From Candidatus Poseidoniaceae archaeon (GTDB lineage Archaea > Thermoplasmatota > Poseidoniia > Poseidoniales > Poseidoniaceae), in NCBI GenBank assembly GCA_030750665.1, contig JASMHR010000003.1, forward strand, positions 1 to 52,922: a DNA stretch of 52,922 nt, read 5' to 3'. The translations under genes and the position numbers were made by a program. The notes under the pieces were generated by a model. That model was not told the origin of the DNA. It saw only the letters and a list, made by a program, of their open reading frames with translations, and made no database searches. Within the stretch, counting starts at the first letter, position 1; every line of letters begins with the position of its first letter. Of the stretch, positions 47,978-52,922 are shown piece by piece.

Positions 47978-48426
47978 AGAAACATTCAGTTGTTGACAGA
48001 GACTCAGATTCTTCTGAAGCGGGTCAGATGCTGTTGGCAGCAGGAATGGTTCTGCTGATGTCATTGTTGTCGATGGCAGTATATGGGGTGAAATTGGCGG
48101 GATTGGGAACCCCTCATGACTCAACTGAAGATGCTCTCATCGATGTTGCCAAAGAACTGCAGCGTGACTTTTCACCATTGCTGGAGCAACGCACCTTGAA
48201 TCGAATCGATGCCGGAATGGATTGGCAAGAAGCAGCAGAGAGTGCACTTTCTGCGACCCATGATGATCTGTTGCATCATGGAGAGATAAGAGGAGTGGAG
48301 ATCAAGATGTTGCAGATGAATGTGAGTAATGTGAGTGGCCAATTGACATTGACTGCTGTTGCTGGTCTCTCGGATTCCAAGGCGATGTTGGAGATTCCTT
48401 TGAGTGCTGAATTCACGGTTCAGTGA
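47974..48426 (+). CDS. Pilin-like protein (class III-like signal peptide)
   Basis: SEAG|QMLLAAGMVLLMSLL. ATGA overlap with the preceding gene. Confidence 0.58.
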   Translation: MKKHSVVDRDSDSSEAGQMLLAAGMVLLMSLLSMAVYGVKLAGLGTPHDSTEDALIDVAKELQRDFSPLLEQRTLNRIDAGMDWQEAAESALSATHDDLLHHGEIRGVEIKMLQMNVSNVSGQLTLTAVAGLSDSKAMLEIPLSAEFTVQ

Positions 48427-48465
48427 ACATCAATACATCCAGTAGGAGTTGGATGCATATTACGT

Positions 48466-49131
48466 TCATCTAGCTCTTCGAGCCTCATTCCACTGTAGGT
48501 CCAACCAATGTTTGATTCGGTCGACAGGGTCAGCAACCTGACTCGGATCCATTGTTTCCCAACCTTTCATCACACTGAGATCGAGAAGTCCCTTCTGTAT
48601 GGCACGGATCCTGTCAAATGCCGCGATATAGCGATCGGCTCGTCTCCATGAGTTGGCATCTCTTTCTTTGAGCATGGAGATATGTTGATCTTCTATCTCG
48701 ACTTTCATGATGAAACCAATCGCCAAACCTCCACTCTCACGCCACTCCTCTAGCCAGCGATTATCAGGCATCAAGTGGACACCTTCAACCAGAAGGTCGA
48801 TTCCTTCTCTTCGTCCTCGGGAGATAGTAGCATCGATTCCAGCCTCGACAACGGAACACGAATCTTTCCAGTCAAGAACGGGGTCTCCTGATTCACCGGT
48901 AGCGAAGGAGGAACGATGTAGTCTCGGAATTCGATGCTCAGGGTCACTCGCCCTCATGATTTCTCGAATGGCATCTGTAGACATGATTCTAGAGAATTCA
49001 AGGCGTTGTGCAGCCTCAATGGAGACGGTTGATTTTCCCACTCCAGTAGTTCCAGCAATCAATACCAAGCGGGGAGGTCTCTTGTGTTGTCCCGCCACCG
49101 CAGAAGCATGCATTCCAATACGTTCAGCCAT
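48466..49131 (-). CDS. 2-phosphoglycerate kinase-like P-loop kinase
   Basis: LIAGTTGVGKST, STDAIREIMR, LHRSSF and LLVEGVHL. No ATP-cone domain. Confidence 0.75.
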   Translation of the reverse strand: MAERIGMHASAVAGQHKRPPRLVLIAGTTGVGKSTVSIEAAQRLEFSRIMSTDAIREIMRASDPEHRIPRLHRSSFATGESGDPVLDWKDSCSVVEAGIDATISRGRREGIDLLVEGVHLMPDNRWLEEWRESGGLAIGFIMKVEIEDQHISMLKERDANSWRRADRYIAAFDRIRAIQKGLLDLSVMKGWETMDPSQVADPVDRIKHWLDLQWNEARRAR

Positions 49132-49226
49132 GCTCCTCATTCTTCGCTATTGAACCAGCCTTTCAATTCCTTCGTTCAAATTGCGGCAGCGACAGACCTT
49201 TCATGGCGATGGTAGTGGCCAGCAAC

Positions 49227-50672
49227 ATGTCAGATGACAGGATGATGTGGCTAGATGGGGAATGGTGCTCTGCAGCCAGTGGTGAGGTCACTGAGGTTTG
49301 CAATCCAGCAGATAGTTCAGTATTGTGTACAGTTCCACGTGCTGATGAAGTAGATGTGCAGAGGGCAGTCAATGCTTCACAACAGGCATTGGCTTCCAAG
49401 GAATGGGCGTTGATGGACCCTGCACAGCGTGGAAGAATCCTACAGAAGATGGCTGCAGCAACCTATGCTGCTTCAAAGGATTTAGCAAAACTGGAGTCTC
49501 AGAACAATGGGAAGACATTCCGTGAAGCCCTTGGTGAAATTCGCTTTGCAGGCTGGACGTTGGAATACTTCGCTGGATGGTCGGACAAGATTGAGGGCCA
49601 GACCGTGCCCGTTCCGGGGAATCGTCTCAATTACACTCTTCGTCAACCATTGGGAGTGACCGCTCATATCATTCCGTGGAATTTTCCTTTGCAATTGGCT
49701 ATTCGTTCGATTGCTCCTGCACTAGCTGCGGGTTGCACAGTCATAGCCAAGCCAGCCAGCTTGACACCGATTTCTTTGTTGGCTTGGTGCGAAGTCATTG
49801 AGGAATGTGGTCTGCCGAATGGTGTGCTACAGGTGATAACAGGTCCAGGTGGAAAGATTGGAGATGCATTGGCAGGCTCTGCTGGAGTTGATGGAATTGT
49901 CCTGACTGGAGGGGTTCCGACCGGCAAGGCAGTCATGCAGAAGGCAGCTGAGAATCTAACTCCGGTAACACTCGAACTGGGAGGGAAAGGATGTAATGTT
50001 GTTTTCTCGGATGCTAATCTCAAATACTGTGCGAAGGCCATTTGTTTTGGTATCTTCATGAATGCAGGTCAGATGTGCTGGGCAGGTTCCAGATTAGTGG
50101 TTCACGAAGATGTCGCCGATGAGTTGATTCAATTGATTGTTGATGAAGTCTCCAAGTGGCCGGTTGGCCCCGGACTCTCAGAAGGAGTACGAATCGGCAG
50201 TCTGGTTTCCAAATCGCACCGTCAGTCAGTCCTCGACCTGCTAGAGAAAGGGTTGGCAGAAGGAGGTGAGTTGGTGACCGGCGGCGGCAGTCCCGACGGT
50301 GAATTGGAGGCTGGAGCATTCATGGAGCCAACCATTGTCAAAGGGGTAGGAATGAATGATATCCTGTTCAAGGAGGAATTATTTGGTCCTGTACTATCAG
50401 TCACTACATTCACTGAGGATAAAGAAGCCCTTGAATTGGCCAATGCCACTGATTTTGGTCTACTCAATGGAATCTGGACACAGAACCTAGGTAGGGCTCA
50501 CAAGATGGCGCGAGATATCAAGTCGGGAATGGTTTCGATCAATGAATACCCAATCACCTTCCCTCAGACTGCCTTCACAGGTTGGAAGGCAAGTGGTATC
50601 GGGGTCGAACAGTCGGCTGAAGCGATGAATTTCTATACCCGCATCAAGAATGTGAATGTGAATCTGGGATGA
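49227..50672 (+). CDS. Aldehyde dehydrogenase
   Basis: IIPWNFP, AKPA, LELGGK, NAGQMCWAG and EELFGPV. Confidence 0.93.
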   Translation: MSDDRMMWLDGEWCSAASGEVTEVCNPADSSVLCTVPRADEVDVQRAVNASQQALASKEWALMDPAQRGRILQKMAAATYAASKDLAKLESQNNGKTFREALGEIRFAGWTLEYFAGWSDKIEGQTVPVPGNRLNYTLRQPLGVTAHIIPWNFPLQLAIRSIAPALAAGCTVIAKPASLTPISLLAWCEVIEECGLPNGVLQVITGPGGKIGDALAGSAGVDGIVLTGGVPTGKAVMQKAAENLTPVTLELGGKGCNVVFSDANLKYCAKAICFGIFMNAGQMCWAGSRLVVHEDVADELIQLIVDEVSKWPVGPGLSEGVRIGSLVSKSHRQSVLDLLEKGLAEGGELVTGGGSPDGELEAGAFMEPTIVKGVGMNDILFKEELFGPVLSVTTFTEDKEALELANATDFGLLNGIWTQNLGRAHKMARDIKSGMVSINEYPITFPQTAFTGWKASGIGVEQSAEAMNFYTRIKNVNVNLG

Positions 50673-50676
50673 TTGC

Positions 50677-51456
50677 ATGGCCATCGAGATATCTTCAGAA
50701 GATGGAGTCGCAATCATTCGAATGACAGGCGAGACAGCGTCGAATTCCTTCTCCAGAGAATCGATGAGGAATATCGTTGAGGCCATAGATTCCGTATTGA
50801 GCGACAATGATGTTCGTGCTGCGGTATTGACCGGAGAGGGTAGATTCTTCAGTGCAGGGGCGGACATCCGAGGTTTTCAAGATGCAATTGATGATGGTAG
50901 CATTACTTCTTTCATCCATGACTTGACTGGGATGTTGCATCCTCTTATTCTACGCATGAGGCGTTCATCCAAGATTCTGGTTGCGGCAATCAATGGGGCA
51001 GCCGCAGGAGGAGGGCTTGGTTTAGCACTGGCTTGTGATGCAAGAATAGTCGGTGCGGATGCCAAATTAGCCGCCTCCTATGCCGGAATTGGTTTATCTC
51101 CAGATGGGGGCACCACATGGCTGCTTCCTCGATTGGTTGGGGATCAGGCAAGCAAGCGCTTCTTCCTCGAGAATCAGGTCTGGAATTCTGAAGAAGCTCT
51201 TTGGCACGGAGCGGTGGACCATCATGTCTCGAATGAAGAATTGATATCCAAGGCAGTTGAAGTGGCAAGAACATGGTCAAGATGGGGAGCACATACGCGT
51301 GAGGCGACCAAGCACCTTCTCGACGTCCAGACCACGCAAGACCTTGAGGTTCACTTGAGTCATGAGCGGCTTCTTATCGAGGCAGCCGGAATAACTGAAG
51401 ATTTTGCAGAAGGTGTTGATGCCTTTCTCAACAAGAGAGAGCCCGATTTCATCTAA
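50677..51456 (+). CDS. Enoyl-CoA hydratase/isomerase, PaaG-like
   Basis: FSAGADI, NGAAAGGGLGLAL (no Glu) and GLSPDGG (Asp, as in PaaG). Confidence 0.75.
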   Translation: MAIEISSEDGVAIIRMTGETASNSFSRESMRNIVEAIDSVLSDNDVRAAVLTGEGRFFSAGADIRGFQDAIDDGSITSFIHDLTGMLHPLILRMRRSSKILVAAINGAAAGGGLGLALACDARIVGADAKLAASYAGIGLSPDGGTTWLLPRLVGDQASKRFFLENQVWNSEEALWHGAVDHHVSNEELISKAVEVARTWSRWGAHTREATKHLLDVQTTQDLEVHLSHERLLIEAAGITEDFAEGVDAFLNKREPDFI

Positions 51457-51458
51457 TG

Positions 51459-51752
51459 TCATTCAGACAGTTCGCTCCGAAGGTATCCCAGAATCAAATC
51501 TTTGCTAACAGGTCCGAAGTTGTGACTGTCTTCACTGGCCAACGGGTCAGGATTATCTCCTTGCAGAATATATCGGCCTTGCTTCGTCGCAATAATTCTC
51601 TTGACTACCGTAATCGTTGGTTTCAGAGGGTGTTGTGCTACCACTATATCGTCAATCTGGAGAACCGAATCTCCAATTGCTTTGAACTCTATCTCATCAC
51701 CATCTTTGAGAGTCGGCCACATACTATCGCCGCGGATGACGACGGTAATCAT
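51459..51752 (-). CDS. sodX: Nickel superoxide dismutase maturation protease
   Basis: S26-type GDSMWPTL, VVKR and GDNPDPLASEDSHNFG. Directly downstream of sodN. Confidence 0.9.
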   Translation of the reverse strand: MITVVIRGDSMWPTLKDGDEIEFKAIGDSVLQIDDIVVAQHPLKPTITVVKRIIATKQGRYILQGDNPDPLASEDSHNFGPVSKDLILGYLRSELSE

Positions 51753-51761
51753 TCACTCAAC

Positions 51762-52235
51762 TCAAGAAGCGCGAATCCAAGGGACATCACGTTCCTTGGC
51801 TGCCCAGAACATGTAATGGATGACTTCGATGGCATCCATCAATTCCTGTGCATGGGCTGAGGAGACCTCTACCTTGCATGCACTGCATAATTTTGCGGCC
51901 TTCCAGAAGGTTTGATGAAGATCTGGAATCGATTCTAGATGCTGTGGCTTGAAGAAGTCGGTCCAAAGGACCAGTAGTTCCTTCTTGCATTTCTGTGCCT
52001 CCTCTTCCTTGATTGCGGCATAGCGACTCATGGTGTTGAGATATGCTGCCATTGCTGCTCCATCGTCAGTGTCTGGACAAACCAGTCCAAGCATCTTGTT
52101 GGTCATCGATTGCACGGCTTCACCAGCCACACGTGCGCTGGCAGGGTCGTATACTCCACATGGACCGTCGCAGTGGGCAGAGGCTTCAATTTTCATCTCT
52201 TCAGAGGGCATGGGCAACGCAGCAGGATTCTGCAT
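51762..52235 (-). CDS. sodN: Nickel superoxide dismutase precursor
   Basis: Ni-hook A|HCDGPCGVYDP and LWTDFFKP. Start uncertain (52265, 52235 or 52211). Confidence 0.95.
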   Translation of the reverse strand: MQNPAALPMPSEEMKIEASAHCDGPCGVYDPASARVAGEAVQSMTNKMLGLVCPDTDDGAAMAAYLNTMSRYAAIKEEEAQKCKKELLVLWTDFFKPQHLESIPDLHQTFWKAAKLCSACKVEVSSAHAQELMDAIEVIHYMFWAAKERDVPWIRAS

Positions 52236-52307
52236 ATCAAGATGTGTGTGGTAATGGGAATCCAATCAATCGCATCATTGAAGATAGATGAACCATTTGC
52301 CGTCAAT

Positions 52308-52412
52308 ATGTCGTATGATGAAGTTGGTTCAATCTGCCCGGCTTGTGGCTTCAATATCGGGGTATTTGTCCCCGGAACTCCATGTCCCCATTGCGGTGAA
52401 CCTTTGCTCTGA
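52308..52412 (+). CDS. CPxCG zinc-finger microprotein (34 aa)
   Basis: MSYDEVGSICPACGFNIGVFVPGTPCPHCGEPLL fills the intergenic gap. Confidence 0.6.
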   Translation: MSYDEVGSICPACGFNIGVFVPGTPCPHCGEPLL

Positions 52413-52421
52413 ATTTCGGTT

Positions 52422-52922
52422 TCAGAGTTCACGTTCTTCTGCTGAGCCAGTAGACCAATCATAGATTCCCGTTCCGCTCTTTTTCCCAAGGTCTCCTTGA
52501 GAGACCAACCTTTCCAACAATGGATGGGGGGCGTAGGAGTCATCATTGAAGGAGCGCTGTAGATTGAGTAGGATATCTCTCCTTACATCAAGCCCTACGA
52601 GATCAGTCAATTCTAGCGGCCCCATTGGATGGCGATACCCAAGTCGCATTGCGGTATCGATATCCTTGGCACTGGCTACACCATCTGCCAACATGCGAAT
52701 GGCTTCGTTTCCTAGAACAACCCCGAGTCTTGAAGTGGCGAAACCAGGAATGTTCTTGACTAGAATACAGGTTTTCCCCATACCTTCTCCGGCCTGTTCA
52801 ACAATGGCAATGGTCTCATCAGAAGTAAGATCATGACGAACCAACTCAAGGAGTTTCATCAATGGCACGGGATTGAAGAAATGCATGCCTATGACGCGAG
52901 ATGGGTCGCCGACCACGGAAGC
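52422..52922 (-). CDS. 3-hydroxyacyl-CoA dehydrogenase, C-terminal part (5' truncated by window)
   Basis: GMHFFNPVPLMKLLE, PGFATSRL, HPMGPLELTDLVGLD and LGKKSG. Confidence 0.92.
   Translation of the reverse strand, partial: ASVVGDPSRVIGMHFFNPVPLMKLLELVRHDLTSDETIAIVEQAGEGMGKTCILVKNIPGFATSRLGVVLGNEAIRMLADGVASAKDIDTAMRLGYRHPMGPLELTDLVGLDVRRDILLNLQRSFNDDSYAPHPLLERLVSQGDLGKKSGTGIYDWSTGSAEEREL

Noticed and set aside
43082-48426. Archaellum operon
   Set aside because: No archaellin, ArlH or ArlF/G genes adjacent. Two separate platform genes fit a pilus-type locus.

Overview
Gene-dense archaeal chromosomal segment, most likely from a Marine Group II euryarchaeote (Poseidoniales, Thermoplasmatota). 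This assignment is inferred from the rpl7ae-rps28e-rpl24e-ndk-infB operon, deoxyhypusine synthase, Bud32, CCA-less tRNAs, TSP3-repeat surface proteins, and bacterial-type uvrB, lat, nadA and sodN. It holds about 55 CDS and two tRNAs (Ile-GAT, Gly-GCC). No integrase, transposase or CRISPR array was seen. Main signals: (1) an AT-rich intergenic region (5163-5470) with repeated mini-ORB-like 12-mers at a switch in gene orientation, a candidate replication origin with no adjacent cdc6, next to a tandem PRC-barrel gene and about 6 kb from a ParA + RHH-like + mini-PIN-like cassette; (2) a cysteine-free Mrp/NBP35 ATPase paired with a four-cysteine DUF971 protein; (3) a k-turn covering the RBS and start codon of rpl7ae; (4) a roughly 1000-aa coiled-coil protein with a disordered tail; (5) a type IV pilus locus whose platform proteins carry extra external domains; (6) a cyanobacterial-type sodN-sodX pair; (7) a zinc-ligand-free L24e. 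All family calls rest on motif recognition by eye, not on database searches, and several start codons are my own picks.
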